A stretch of 64,000 bases of DNA from Candidatus Latescibacterota bacterium (GTDB taxonomy: Bacteria > Latescibacterota > UBA2968 > UBA8231): positions 544,001 to 608,000 of the forward strand of contig OZ242214.1 in NCBI GenBank assembly GCA_965206595.1, written 5' to 3'. How positions within the stretch are numbered: the stretch's first letter is position 1; each line of letters opens with the position of its first letter. The position numbers and the translations under genes were made by a program. Of the stretch, positions 30,919-42,019 are shown one piece after another. The notes under the pieces were generated by a model. It was not told the DNA's origin. It worked only from the letters and a program-made list of their open reading frames with translations, and ran no database searches.

Positions 30919-31295
30919 ATAAAATCTAGTCCCCAAGACTCGGCATTGTAATCGTGGTCGTTCTTGTATATGTCGTCGCTGGCAACGTAGGCCACGTAGA
31001 AACGGGCCGGATCGTCGTGCCAGGCCAGCCAGATGCGGAAGTCGAGGTCGGACGGATCAGGAGAAATCCCCGGATCCAGGCTTGTGAAATCCAGCATGGT
31101 CATGGACGGCTCGCCGATCAGCTCTTGCCATTCCTCCACCGAGCCGTCCTTGAGATCGATCCGTTCCAGCATCTCGTCGCTGATATAGTGGATCGGGTAC
31201 AAGCGGTCGCCGATGTGGGCGTCTGCCGAGACAACCAGCCACAGAACGAGCCCCAGGGCGGCGCAACACTGCTTCCTGCTTCCGACAGAAGTCAT
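30919..31295 (-). pseudogene. Secreted protein (CBM9/DOMON-like family), truncated by ISL3
   Basis: Signal peptide followed by HIGDRLYPI...DGSVEEW...DLDFRIWLAWHDDP...DDIYKNDHDY; paralog at 54985-55359. Confidence 0.7.
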
Positions 31296-31544
31296 CTCTT
31301 TCCTCCTTGCCCGGTCCGTGTCCCCGGACTGGCCATCGGTTACCCCGGTGGTTGATGCGCTTGGGTTGCCCCTCTGATGCGGGCACAATATAGGCGGTCT
31401 GTTACCGGTCTCCTCGAATAACCACGGCTACTACTTTCCATAGACACTTCGTCCTGTTGTTGAATCGCTCGGGATTCGCCGCGATCGGTGTAACCCCCTG
31501 CGCCATGCCGTATCTTTGCGGCCACACTCATTCCGGGAAACCAG

Positions 31545-32783
31545 ATGTCAACCACCAGAAAAGGACTGCTGACCGCGGTCGGCCCGGGTATGCTGGTCGC
31601 GGCCACCGGGGTAGGCGCCGGCGACCTCGCCACCGCGGCGCTCACCGGCTCCCGGCTCGGCCTCGCCGTCCTCTGGGCGGTCGTGGTCGGGGCCTTCGTC
31701 AAGTTCGTCCTCAACGAGGGGCTGACGCGCTGGCAGCTGGCGACCGGCGAGACCCTGCTCGAAGGGGCCATGCGCCGCCTCGGCAGGCCGGCGCAGTACA
31801 TCTTCCTCGCCTACCTCCTCGCCTGGAGCTTCATGGTGGCCGCGGCGCTGATGAGCGCCAGCGGCATCGCCGCCCACGCCATGCTGCCGATCGCAGCGGA
31901 TCCCTCCGACGGCAAGATCGTCTACGGCGCCCTGCTCAGCCTCGTCGGCCTGGCGATGGTGCAGGTCGGCGGCTACCGCCTGTTCGAGAAGGTGATGGGC
32001 TTCTTCATCGCCGTGATGTTTGTCACCGTGGCGATCACCGCCGTCCTCCTCCAGCCTCCGCTCGGGGCGGTCCTGAAGGGGCTGGCCTGGCCGACGATTC
32101 CCGATCTCACCGGCAACGGGCTGTCCTGGACGATTGCGCTCATGGGCGGGGTCGGCGGCACCGTGACCGTGCTCTGCTACGGCTACTGGATCCGCGAGGA
32201 GGGGCGCGGCTCCACCGGCGACCTTGCGGCCTGCCGTTTCGATCTGGGCGTCGCCTATGCGGTGACCGCCCTGTTCGGGATCGCGATGGTGGTGATCGGC
32301 AGCGCCATCGAGGCCGACGGCAAAGGGGCGACTCTGGTCATCCGGCTTGCCGACCGCCTCGGAGGGGAGCTCGGGGCGCTGGGGAAATGGGCTTTCCTGA
32401 TCGGGGCCTTCGGCGCCATCTTCAGCAGCCTCCTCGGCGTCTGGCAGAGCGTCCCCTACCTGTTCAGCGACCTGTGGGGGATGATGCGGGCCGGCGATTC
32501 CCCGCCGCCGCCGGTGAGCACCGACTCGGCGGTGTACCGCTGGTTTCTGTACGGGCTCGCGATCCTGCCGATGGCCGGGCTCTGGGTCGGCTTCGCCAGG
32601 ATGCAGAAGACCTACGCCGTCTTCGGCGCCCTCTTCATGCCGATGCTCGCCTTGGTGCTGCTGCTGCTCAACGGGCGCACCGACTGGGTCGGCCGGCAGT
32701 ACCGCAACCGGCCGCTGACGACGATCCTTCTCCTGCTCATTCTCATCTTCTTCGCCGCCGCCGGATACTTGGCGGTGACGTGA
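31545..32783 (+). CDS. Nramp-like/APC-superfamily membrane transporter
   Basis: GPGMLVAATGVGAGDL, KFVLNEGLTRWQLATGE, and about 11 hydrophobic segments. Confidence 0.8.
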   Translation: MSTTRKGLLTAVGPGMLVAATGVGAGDLATAALTGSRLGLAVLWAVVVGAFVKFVLNEGLTRWQLATGETLLEGAMRRLGRPAQYIFLAYLLAWSFMVAAALMSASGIAAHAMLPIAADPSDGKIVYGALLSLVGLAMVQVGGYRLFEKVMGFFIAVMFVTVAITAVLLQPPLGAVLKGLAWPTIPDLTGNGLSWTIALMGGVGGTVTVLCYGYWIREEGRGSTGDLAACRFDLGVAYAVTALFGIAMVVIGSAIEADGKGATLVIRLADRLGGELGALGKWAFLIGAFGAIFSSLLGVWQSVPYLFSDLWGMMRAGDSPPPPVSTDSAVYRWFLYGLAILPMAGLWVGFARMQKTYAVFGALFMPMLALVLLLLNGRTDWVGRQYRNRPLTTILLLLILIFFAAAGYLAVT

Positions 32784-32802
32784 ACCCTGCACTGAGGTTG
32801 CG

Positions 32803-33636
32803 ATGAAAACCGCGCTGATCCCCGAACAGATCGACCACCACCGCCGCGAAGGCTGGACCATCGTCGAGGGCTTTCTCTCCCCGGAAGAGCTCGCGGAGCT
32901 CAGCGACGCGGTCGACGATGCAGTGGCGCGCATGGGGGATGCCAAGCTGACCGGCGAAGGCAACGAGCGCATCAAGAAAAACGAGGGGGGGAGCGAGTAC
33001 TACGACCGCGTCTTCCTGCAGCGCCTCAACCTCTGGAAGATCGACGCCACCGTGAGGAAGTACATGCTCGCCCCGGAGCTGGGGGAGATGCTCTGCCGGT
33101 TCGAGGGGATCGACGGCATCCGCGTCTGGCACGACCAGACCCTGCAGAAGGGCCCCTGGGGAAACCCGAGCTCCTGGCATATCGACGTGCCGGCCTGGTC
33201 CTTCTGTTCGCCGCACGCGATCTCGATCTGGATCGCCCTCGACGACGCCACCATCCAGAACGGCTGCATGTACTACATCTCGGGATCCCACCGCGAGGCG
33301 GTGTACGAGAAGCGAGGGGGATTCGGGCCCAACGTCGGCGCCATTTTCGAGGAGTATCCCGAGTGGCGCGGCCGCGACCCGGTCGCCGTCACCCTGAAGG
33401 CGGGGGACGCCGCCCTCCACAACGGGCTGATGGCCCACGCCGCCGGCCCCAACATGACGCCGCGCTCACGCCGCGCCATGACCTGCGCCTACATGCCGGA
33501 CGGGGCCACCTTCAACGGCAACCAGAACATCCTCTCCGACGCGCAGATAGCGAAGCTCGAGATCGGGGACCTGCTCGACGACGAGAGCCAGGTGCCGCTG
33601 GTCTGGTCGAAGGAGATGGCCGCGGCCAACCGGTAG
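32803..33636 (+). CDS. PhyH family dioxygenase
   Basis: WHID, WIALDDATIQNGCM, SGSH, HAAGPN, RRAM. Confidence 0.92.
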   Translation: MKTALIPEQIDHHRREGWTIVEGFLSPEELAELSDAVDDAVARMGDAKLTGEGNERIKKNEGGSEYYDRVFLQRLNLWKIDATVRKYMLAPELGEMLCRFEGIDGIRVWHDQTLQKGPWGNPSSWHIDVPAWSFCSPHAISIWIALDDATIQNGCMYYISGSHREAVYEKRGGFGPNVGAIFEEYPEWRGRDPVAVTLKAGDAALHNGLMAHAAGPNMTPRSRRAMTCAYMPDGATFNGNQNILSDAQIAKLEIGDLLDDESQVPLVWSKEMAAANR

Positions 33637-33699
33637 CTTCCCCGCCCCTCAGGGCGCCACCGGTTCCATTTACTGAATACAATCTGATACAGTCCCGAA

Positions 33700-34503
33700 T
33701 CAGCCGGCCGTTGGCTGCTCCGCCTCATCCACCAGTCCTCCCGCTGCCACCCACTCCTCGTATTCCCGCTGGCCCACCTCGTCCAACGGGTAGTACCTGG
33801 ACAGGGCGCCCCCCTGCTGCAGCTTCATGCGCACGAAAACTTCCTTCTCGTCGCGTGAACCCCCGATCTCGAGGATCTTCGGGATCAGCCGCGGCGGCAC
33901 TGCAATGGCGCCGCCGTCGTCGGCCATGATCACGTCCCCGGGATGGACCCGCACCTTGCCGCAGGCGATCGGCAGGTTGACGTCGGCGGGGAACATGTTG
34001 AGATGCCCGGCTCCCCCGGTGGCCACCCCGACAGACCAGACCGGCACCTTCAGATCGTTGAAGATCGGCGCCGAATCCCTTATCGCCGCGTCGATCACCA
34101 CGCCGGCTCCTCCCCGGGCCTTGAAGTAGGTCATCAGCATCTCGCCGAAGCAGCCGGTCGCCAGGTCCCCGCGGCCGTCGACCACGATGACGTCCCCCTC
34201 CTGGACGTAGTCGAACACCTCCCACAGGGCGGTGCGCTTCTCCCCTTCCTCCTCCCCTTCGATGACGGACGCTCCCTTTTCCTCTCCCGGGACCTGGTAC
34301 CCCTTCATCAGGTCCTCGCGCATGGGCAGGAAGCGCAGGGTGAGGGCCGGGCCGGCGATCTTGCTGCCGGGAACCCGGGCAACCGGTCCTTCCATGAAGG
34401 TGCGGCGCACGCCGAGGCCCTCCATGGTCGAGGTGACGGTATCGACGCCGATCCTTCCCAGCGCCTCCACTACTTCCCTGGGGGGGCGTTTGATGTCATT
34501 CAT
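33700..34503 (-). CDS. RraA/HMG-CHA aldolase family protein
   Basis: GPALTLRF, GDVIVVD, FGEML, IRD, VHPGDVIMADDGG. Confidence 0.88.
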   Translation of the reverse strand: MNDIKRPPREVVEALGRIGVDTVTSTMEGLGVRRTFMEGPVARVPGSKIAGPALTLRFLPMREDLMKGYQVPGEEKGASVIEGEEEGEKRTALWEVFDYVQEGDVIVVDGRGDLATGCFGEMLMTYFKARGGAGVVIDAAIRDSAPIFNDLKVPVWSVGVATGGAGHLNMFPADVNLPIACGKVRVHPGDVIMADDGGAIAVPPRLIPKILEIGGSRDEKEVFVRMKLQQGGALSRYYPLDEVGQREYEEWVAAGGLVDEAEQPTAG

Positions 34504-34608
34504 TTACTTACTCCTTCGGTTTGTGTCTTGTGGTTTCCCTGCCAATATTGAGCCGCGCTAAAGAGGCGCCTATCCCGCGTCTCACACAACCTTCCCGGAG
34601 ACAACCCC

Positions 34609-35430
34609 ATGAGAATCGCACGTATCGCCGACGCCGACCTGAGGGCGGCCGAAAACTGCCACGGCGGAGCCGGCCACCTCGACTACGCCCGCCACTGGGG
34701 CAGGAACGACTTCGAGACCCCCTGGTATTTCGTCCACTGCGGCTCCATTCCCCCGGGCGGCGGCATCGGCCATCACCGCCACGTCAACTGCGAGGAGATG
34801 TTCGTCACCTTCGACAACGCCGCCCAGTTCACCCACAACGGCCGCACCGTCCAGGTCGAGGGGGGCGCCTGCGTCCCCTGCCGCAAGGGGGAGTCGCACG
34901 GCATCTACAACCACACCGCGAAGCCGACCCGGTGGATGAACTTCTGCGTCGCCGACCCGGACGGCGGGTACGACGCCGACGACTTCGGCGACGACCGCGT
35001 CGGCGCCTCCCTGGAGCCGGCCGACCGCATTCCTCTCGGGCGCTTCGACAGATCCCTGCTGACCGGCCACAGCGAGGTGCACAAGGGCAGGGGAGAGATC
35101 GGCATCCGCAACATCTGGCAGCACTCCGACTTCCGCACCAACTGGCATTTCGTCGCCCACGTCCTGATGCCACCGGGGACCTCGATAGGATACCACCGCC
35201 ACGACACCGTCGAGGAGACCTACGTCGTCATCGACGGCTGCGGGCGCATGACGGTCGACGGCGAAACCGAGGAGGTGTATGCCGGCGCCTCGATCCCGAA
35301 CCGGCTCGGCGGCACCCACGGGATCTTCAATCACCGCCAGGAAGACCTCGAGCTGTTCGTCATGGCGGTGACCCTGGAGCCCGGGGTGGCCGACAGCGAG
35401 GACCTCGGCGACGACCTCGTGAACCGCTGA
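34609..35430 (+). CDS. Bicupin protein
   Basis: IGHHRH..EE...HGIYN and IGYHRH..EE...HGIFN repeats. Confidence 0.85.
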   Translation: MRIARIADADLRAAENCHGGAGHLDYARHWGRNDFETPWYFVHCGSIPPGGGIGHHRHVNCEEMFVTFDNAAQFTHNGRTVQVEGGACVPCRKGESHGIYNHTAKPTRWMNFCVADPDGGYDADDFGDDRVGASLEPADRIPLGRFDRSLLTGHSEVHKGRGEIGIRNIWQHSDFRTNWHFVAHVLMPPGTSIGYHRHDTVEETYVVIDGCGRMTVDGETEEVYAGASIPNRLGGTHGIFNHRQEDLELFVMAVTLEPGVADSEDLGDDLVNR

Positions 35431-35510
35431 GGTTCCGGTCCGGCAACCGCCGCCACTGTTTTACCCATTACCGGGCGACGGCATGCCGCCCGGCTTTCCG
35501 ATACCTCTCC

Positions 35511-36260
35511 ATGGCCCAGCAGTGGGACCCGGAACAGTACGAGCGGGAGGGCGGCTTCGTCGCCGACTACGGGCGCGAGGTCGCCGCGATGCTCGATCCG
35601 CAGCCGGGGAAACGCATCCTCGACCTCGGCTGCGGCGACGGCAGGTTGTCGGAGTTCCTGGCGAGATCCGGTTGCAGGCTGGTCGCCGCCGACTCGAGCC
35701 CGGAGCAGGTGGGCGCGGCGCGCGCCCGCGGCCTCGACGCCCGCGTGGTCGACGCCGTCAGGCTGCGATTCCGGAACGAGTTCGACGCCGTCTTCAGCAA
35801 CGCCGCCCTCCACTGGATCAAGCCGCCCGAGGCGGTCGCCCGCGGGGTCTTCGCCGCCCTCAGGCCGGGAGGCCGCTTCGTCGGTGAGCTCGGCGGCCGC
35901 GGCAACATCGCCGCCATCCGCGGCGCCCTCGCTATTGCCCTGCCGGCGCACGGTCTCGATTTCGCCGACCTCGACCCCTGGTATTTCCCCGGCCAGAAGC
36001 AGTACTCCGAGCTCCTGGAGGCCGCCGGGTTCTCCGTCGACCGCATGGAGCTGTTCGCCCGGCCGACGCCGCTGCCGGGCGGCATCGCCGGGTGGCTGCG
36101 CACCTTCACCCGGGGCTTTCTCGAACAGGTCCCCGAGGCGGAACGGGAGGGGTTCCTCGCCCGCCTCGCCGCGGCGCTGGAGCCGGAGCTGCGGCGCGAC
36201 GACGGAGAGTGGTTCGTAGACTATGTGCGGCTGCGCTTCGCCGCGACGAGACCGGGGTGA
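35511..36260 (+). CDS. Class I SAM-dependent methyltransferase (trans-aconitate methyltransferase-like)
   Basis: ILDLGCGDG, FDAVFSNAALHW, LRPGGRF, DYVRLRF. Confidence 0.9.
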   Translation: MAQQWDPEQYEREGGFVADYGREVAAMLDPQPGKRILDLGCGDGRLSEFLARSGCRLVAADSSPEQVGAARARGLDARVVDAVRLRFRNEFDAVFSNAALHWIKPPEAVARGVFAALRPGGRFVGELGGRGNIAAIRGALAIALPAHGLDFADLDPWYFPGQKQYSELLEAAGFSVDRMELFARPTPLPGGIAGWLRTFTRGFLEQVPEAEREGFLARLAAALEPELRRDDGEWFVDYVRLRFAATRPG

Positions 36261-36312
36261 CGGCCGCAGCCGGCACCCAACCGATTCCCGATCAAGATCA
36301 GGAGGCAGGGCC

Positions 36313-37863
36313 ATGGCCGACCGCCGCTCCAAGGTCCCGCAGCGGACCTACGCTACCACCCTCGACGAGCAGCTGAGACAGCTCGAGACCGATCCGCTGC
36401 TGCAGCGGTTCCAGGCCTCGCGGGAACGGCTCTCCAGCGACCCGCACCGGCCCGTCTACCACTACGTAAATCCCGAGGGCAACCTCAACGACCCGAACGG
36501 GTTCTGCCGTTGGCAGGGGCGCTACCACCTCTTCTACCAGGCGTACCCGCCCGAGGATGTCCGCCAGCACTGGGGGCACGCCTGCAGCGAGGACCTCGTG
36601 CACTGGCGCGACCTGCCGCTGGCCATCTACCCCGACCCGGAGGACAAGTGCTTCAGCGGCTCCACCCTGGTCGAGGAGGACCGCGTCCTCGCCTGCTACC
36701 ACGGCATCGACGAGGGCACCATGATCGCCGTTTCCTCCGACCCCATGCTGCTCAACTGGGAGAAGCTGACCGGGAAGGCCGTCATCCCCGACGTCGAGCC
36801 GGATGCCGCGGGCAACCCCTACCGCGTCGGCGATCCCTGCATCTGGCGGGAGGAGGACGGCTACTACTCCCTCTCCGGGGGATACGTCGACGGTGCCATC
36901 TTCGAGGACTGCCGCATGGCGGAGTTCCTCTTTCACTCGCAGGACCTCGAGCGCTGGATCTACCTGGGGCGTTTCGTCGAGAACGACATCTTCACCGCCC
37001 CGGGGGAGGACGGCGCCGTCCCCTACTTCTGGCCGATCGGCGACCGGCACATCCTGCTGTTCGCCAGCCACCAGCGCGGCTCCCAGTACCTGATCGGCGA
37101 CTACGACAGGCTGCGCCGCCGCTTCCGGGCAAGCGGCCACGGCCGCTTCAACTTCGGACCGCTGCGCAACGGCGGCGTGCACGCCCCGTCGGCCTTTCCC
37201 GACGGCGACGGCGGTATCCTGCTGATCCACAACATCAACCACGGCCGCAACACCGAAGACTGGAACCACATCATGTCCCTGGTGCGGAGGCTCACCCTCA
37301 ACGACGACGGCTCCCTGCGGATCGAGCCGGTGGCGGCGATAGAGGGGCAGCGCGGCGAGCACCGGCGTATCGGCGCAACCACGCTGCTCCCCCGGGAGTA
37401 CGTGCTGCCCGGGATCGAGGGGAACGCCATGGAGCTGTCGCTGGCGCTCGATCCGGGCAGCGCCCGCGAGCTGAGGATCGAGGTGCTGCGCTCCCCCGAC
37501 CGCCGGGAGCACACCACGATCCGCTATCTCAGGGAGGGGGGGCTGGCCCAGAGTCCGGGGGACTACCGCTGGAAGGGAGACGCCCTGGTTATCGACAACG
37601 CCCGCAGCAGCTCGGCCTCCCCCGAGGTGCTGGCGCGGCCCCCCGAGATTGCGCCGTTCCAGCTCGCCGAAGGGGAGCTTCTCGAGCTGCGCATCTTCAT
37701 CGACAGGAGCGTCGTCGAGCTGTTCGCCAACGGCCGGCAGGCCATGGGCCTGCGCGCCTACCCCGACCGCAGGGACAGCGTCGGGGTGTCGATCACCGCG
37801 GTCGGCGGCCGGGCCTCCATGCTGTCGCTCGACGCCTGGCAGATGCGCAGAATCTATTCCTGA
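36313..37863 (+). CDS. Glycoside hydrolase family 32-like protein
   Basis: NDPNG, YHLFYQ, HWGHA.SEDLVHW, FSGS, GDP, and C-terminal LRIFIDRSVVELFANG. Confidence 0.88.
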   Translation: MADRRSKVPQRTYATTLDEQLRQLETDPLLQRFQASRERLSSDPHRPVYHYVNPEGNLNDPNGFCRWQGRYHLFYQAYPPEDVRQHWGHACSEDLVHWRDLPLAIYPDPEDKCFSGSTLVEEDRVLACYHGIDEGTMIAVSSDPMLLNWEKLTGKAVIPDVEPDAAGNPYRVGDPCIWREEDGYYSLSGGYVDGAIFEDCRMAEFLFHSQDLERWIYLGRFVENDIFTAPGEDGAVPYFWPIGDRHILLFASHQRGSQYLIGDYDRLRRRFRASGHGRFNFGPLRNGGVHAPSAFPDGDGGILLIHNINHGRNTEDWNHIMSLVRRLTLNDDGSLRIEPVAAIEGQRGEHRRIGATTLLPREYVLPGIEGNAMELSLALDPGSARELRIEVLRSPDRREHTTIRYLREGGLAQSPGDYRWKGDALVIDNARSSSASPEVLARPPEIAPFQLAEGELLELRIFIDRSVVELFANGRQAMGLRAYPDRRDSVGVSITAVGGRASMLSLDAWQMRRIYS

Positions 37864-38351
37864 ATCGGCTGCACTTTTTTGCGCAGGCTCCCTCCCGGTG
37901 GGCCCCCGGAGGCCGGCCGGGCGGACGACCGGGTTTCCCGGCAGCCCCCCCGGCCGGGACGTTGCCCCGTTCCCGCACCGCCGCTGCGGATGGCTGCCTG
38001 ACCGGCACCGGCCGAGCCGAAAGCATTGTCCGCTGCGGGCGGCCTTAAATCGGCCGCTTCTTCTCACACTCCGTCAGCGAGCGAGGACACCTTGCCCCCA
38101 GGTTCGCGCGCTCTTTCGTACTGTCAGCAGAAATACCGGGGACAGGGTAGTACTGAGAGCTTTTCAATCGTCAATAACCTCATAAGTCATTTCGGCCACT
38201 TCCCGGTATCCCCGAGTGCCTGGCCGGGTTCTCCCGCGCCGCGGATCCCCTGTATCCGTATCCGCCATCCGCCTATCTTCGGTCGAACAACCCATCCAGG
38301 CCGTCCCGGCAGAAGAATGCAGGCCAATAACCCCGTCAAGGAGGCCCTCTC

Positions 38352-39074
38352 ATGGAAAACTCAGCGACGCAGTCCCCGCAAATCGGCCTGATCGGCCGCA
38401 TGATCCGGGTCTTCTACGCCCCCCGGGAAACCTTCGAGGATGCAGCGGCGTCGAGAACGGCGATCGACTGGGTGGCTCCTGCCGCGGTCTCGGCCATCGT
38501 CGCCCTCGCGGCCGCGGTTGCGATCGTGCCCCTGGCCATGGAAGAGGGGGCTCGCGTTATGCAGGAACAGATGCAGGGCCAGGAGCTCAGCGACGAGCAG
38601 CGCGAGATGATGGAGAAGATGACAGGGGCCGGGCAGACTTTCGGCATCGTCGTGGCGCCGGCCGGCAGCTTCGTCGTGCTGTTCGTCTCCGCCCTGGTGC
38701 TGCTCGGGGCGGCCAGGATCGCCGGCGCCGATGTCGGCTACTCCGGGATGCTGACCGTGAGCGCCTACTCGTCGCTGGTACAGGCGCTGAAGGGAATCAT
38801 CGTCACCCCGCTGATGCTTTCCAAGAAAAGCATGGTGGTGCATACCGGCCTCGGACTCCTGCTCCCCGGGGAGATGATGAACACCTTCGCCGGCCGCTTT
38901 CTCGCCGGCATCGAGATCTTCATGCTGTGGCAGGTCGTCATCGTCGCCGTGGGGATCTCCGCTCTCGGCAGGGTGGATACCCGCAAGGCCCTCGTTCCGG
39001 TGGTGGTGCTGTGGCTGATCTGGCTGCTGATCGCCGCCAGCCTCGGAGGCCTGCAGCAGATGGGAGCCCGGTGA
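38352..39074 (+). CDS. Yip1-family membrane protein
   Basis: RVFYAPRETFE, about 5 transmembrane segments, EIFMLW; lies upstream of MacAB-type genes. Confidence 0.75.
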   Translation: MENSATQSPQIGLIGRMIRVFYAPRETFEDAAASRTAIDWVAPAAVSAIVALAAAVAIVPLAMEEGARVMQEQMQGQELSDEQREMMEKMTGAGQTFGIVVAPAGSFVVLFVSALVLLGAARIAGADVGYSGMLTVSAYSSLVQALKGIIVTPLMLSKKSMVVHTGLGLLLPGEMMNTFAGRFLAGIEIFMLWQVVIVAVGISALGRVDTRKALVPVVVLWLIWLLIAASLGGLQQMGAR

Positions 39075-39151
39075 CGGCGCTCCCCGGGACGGCCGCGTCC
39101 CGCATGAAGCAAGCACCGAACCCGCTGTTCCCGAGGTCGGGAGACTGAACG

Positions 39152-40759
39152 TTGGCGGAAACCGCGCGCCGAAATAGGGGCCGCCGCTCTGTTTGGCTCA
39201 GGCTGCTGGTCTTCGCCCTGCTTGCCGGGGCCATCGGAGCGGTCGTCTACCTCAACCTCGACAAGGAGACCCCGGTGGAGACCTTCGCCACCGTCTCCGT
39301 CGAGCGCCGCGACCTCGTCGACAAGCTCGCCGAGACCGGCAGCATCGAGCTGGTGCGCACGGTCGAGGTCAAATCGACCATTTCCGGCGTGATCCGGTCG
39401 CTCCACTTCGAGACCGGCGACGGGGTCGGCGGCGGCCGGCTGATGGCCGTCATCGAGCCCGACCCCAACCAGACCCTGCAGCTGTTCCAGAAGCGCTCCG
39501 CGGCCGAGAACGCCCGCATCAGCCTCCACGAGCAGGAAAAGGACTACTCGCGCAAGAAAACCCTGTTCGAGAGCGGCATGCTGCCCAAAAAAGGTTTCGA
39601 GGATGCCGACGGCGCCCTTACCCGGGCCCGGAACAGCCTGCGGCTGGCCGAGCGCGAGCTCGAGATCCTCGAGACCAAGGCCAACCACAGCGTTGCGGGA
39701 CAAAGCCGGGACTCCGAGCTGGACGAGGTCCGCGTTCTCGCCCCGATCAGCGGGGTCGTGATCAAAAGGGAAGTAGAGACCGGGGAGATCGTCGCCTCCG
39801 GAACCTCGCTGTCCGGAGGCACCGTGCTGTTCGAGATCGGCGACCCGAGCCAGATGATCGTGCGCGCCGACATAGCCGAGATCGACATCGGCGACCTCCG
39901 CACCGGGCAGGAGGTCGACATCGTCGTCGACGCCTTCGCCGACACCACCTACCGCGGCACGGTCCGCTGGATCGCCCCGGTCGGCGAGAAGAAGCAGGGC
40001 AGCACCATCGTGACCTTCGACGCCGAGATCGACATCCTCGACCGCGAACCGCGCCTGCGCCAGGGCATGTCGTGCGACCTCGACATCATCTTCCGGCGCC
40101 GCGAGGGCACCCTCAGCCTTCCAGTGGAGGCGGTGCTCGAGCTGTTCGACGAGGAGGAGGAAGAGCAGTCCGAGGTGAAGGGGCGCCGCGGCCGCTTCGT
40201 GACCTACCTCTATTCCCCTGCCGACTCGGCCGCGGCCGGAACCGACGGGGACGGGCTCCCGGCAGCGGAGGGTACGCCTGTTGCCGCCGCGCACGATTCC
40301 GCCGCAGGTGCGAGCGGCGGTCGCCTCGGCGACACCCCCGGAGCGGCTTCAGGTACCTCCCCTGCCGGCAGCGCCACCGCCCGGGACTCGACGACAGACC
40401 CGGGGGCCTCGGGCGCCGACTCCCCCGACACCGCTTCCGCAGGCATGGTCCCAGGGGAAGATTCGACCGAAGACCCTGGGACCGACCCGGCCCGTTCCGG
40501 CACCGGGGAAACCGCTTCCACAGACACCGCCGCGGCGAAAGCGGACTCCGCCTCGGGGAAGCCCGCCCCTCCCCAGGTCCCGCTCGACGAGTTCACCGAG
40601 GTCGAGCTGCGCATCGGCCTGGAGACCTCCACGCGAATCGAGGTTCTCTCCGGACTGGGTGAGGGGGATTGGGTCGCCGCCGACCCCGAGGCGATCCGGC
40701 GGAAGCTGAAGATGAACGAGGGACCGCCGGAAGCCGAAGGCCGGGGCGGCCGCTTCTGA
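39152..40759 (+). CDS. MacA-like efflux periplasmic adaptor with low-complexity insertion
   Basis: N-terminal TM segment, VEVKSTISG, APISGVV, EIDIG, GQEV, LRQGMS, EVLSGL.EGD. Confidence 0.88.
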   Translation: MAETARRNRGRRSVWLRLLVFALLAGAIGAVVYLNLDKETPVETFATVSVERRDLVDKLAETGSIELVRTVEVKSTISGVIRSLHFETGDGVGGGRLMAVIEPDPNQTLQLFQKRSAAENARISLHEQEKDYSRKKTLFESGMLPKKGFEDADGALTRARNSLRLAERELEILETKANHSVAGQSRDSELDEVRVLAPISGVVIKREVETGEIVASGTSLSGGTVLFEIGDPSQMIVRADIAEIDIGDLRTGQEVDIVVDAFADTTYRGTVRWIAPVGEKKQGSTIVTFDAEIDILDREPRLRQGMSCDLDIIFRRREGTLSLPVEAVLELFDEEEEEQSEVKGRRGRFVTYLYSPADSAAAGTDGDGLPAAEGTPVAAAHDSAAGASGGRLGDTPGAASGTSPAGSATARDSTTDPGASGADSPDTASAGMVPGEDSTEDPGTDPARSGTGETASTDTAAAKADSASGKPAPPQVPLDEFTEVELRIGLETSTRIEVLSGLGEGDWVAADPEAIRRKLKMNEGPPEAEGRGGRF

Positions 40760-40790
40760 CCCGGGCCGCACCCCGAAGCCCCGGCACCGC

Positions 40791-42019
40791 ATGGTCATCT
40801 ACGAGCCCATCGCCGTAGGCCTGGCTCAGCTCAGGGCGAACAAGCTCCGCTCCCTGCTCACCCTGCTCGGCATCGTCATCGGCGTCGCTTCCGTGATCGG
40901 CATCGTCTCCCTCGGCGGCGGCCTGCGGCGCACCGTGATGGGAGAGTTCGCGCGCGAGGGCGGAGCCGCGGCGATCACCGTGGGGCCCCCGAACACCCTG
41001 GAGCGGGTCGGCGGCCGCTGGGTGCAGCGCCACTGGGCGGAGCACCTGACCTCCGGGGACCTGCGCGCGATCCGCGCCGAGACCGGCCTCATCCGCACGG
41101 CCGTGCCCACGGTTTCCGCCAGCGCCGAGCTGCGCTACCTAAAGACGACGGCCAACGCCGGGGTCACCGGCACCTCCGAGGAGTACGGCCCCGCCTTCCA
41201 CTGGGGCGTCGCCGCGGGCCGCCACCTGAGCGCCGACGACGTCCGCTTCAACCGCAAGGTCTGCGTCCTGGGGGCGAAGGTGCGCGAGGACCTCTTCGGC
41301 GACGCCGACCCGGTCGGGGAGGAGGTCAAGCTCAACGGCGACCGCTACACCGTGATAGGCGTGCTCGAGCCGCGGCTGCGCTTCGGGCGCGAGCAGGGCC
41401 GCGCCGTCCTCATTCCCTACACCACCGCGCAGAGGCGCTTCACGGGGGAACGCCGGCTCGGCGAGATCTCCCTGTTCGCCGCGGAGATCGAGGACGTCCC
41501 GGCGGTGGCCGCAGCAGCGCACCGGGTGCTGCGGCGGCGCCACGAGCACGGCGACGATTTCCGGGTCGAGACCAACAGGGAACAGATCGAGGACGCCAAC
41601 AGCGTCATCGGCACCATGCAGAAGATCGCCGGCGGCATCGCCGGCATCTCCCTGCTGGTCGGGGGCATCGGCATCATGAACATCATGCTCGTATCGGTGA
41701 CGGAACGGACCCGGGAGATCGGCATCCGCAAGGCGATCGGGGCGCGCTCCGGGCAGATCCTGTTCCAGTTCCTCACCGAGGCGGTGGTGCTCGCCGGGGC
41801 CGGCGCCGCTCTCGGGACCGCCTTCGGCATCGGCTTCGGCGCCGCCATCGAGGCGGTCATTCGCTGGCTCGCCCAGGGTCCCCCTTCTCCAGCGTCGTCA
41901 CCCTTCCGTCCGTGCTCTGGGCAGTGGGGGCGGCCTGCGGAATCGGCGTCTTCTTCGGCGTCTACCCCGCCTTTCGCGCCGCGGGCATGGATCCGGTCGA
42001 GGCCCTGCGCTACGAATGA
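40791..42019 (+). pseudogene. MacB/FtsX-type ABC permease, frameshifted near 41880 (possible sequencing error)
   Basis: NKLRSLLTLLGIVIGV and [28 protein letters not shown]; the C-terminus [22 protein letters not shown] is in a shifted frame after short C runs. Confidence 0.85.
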
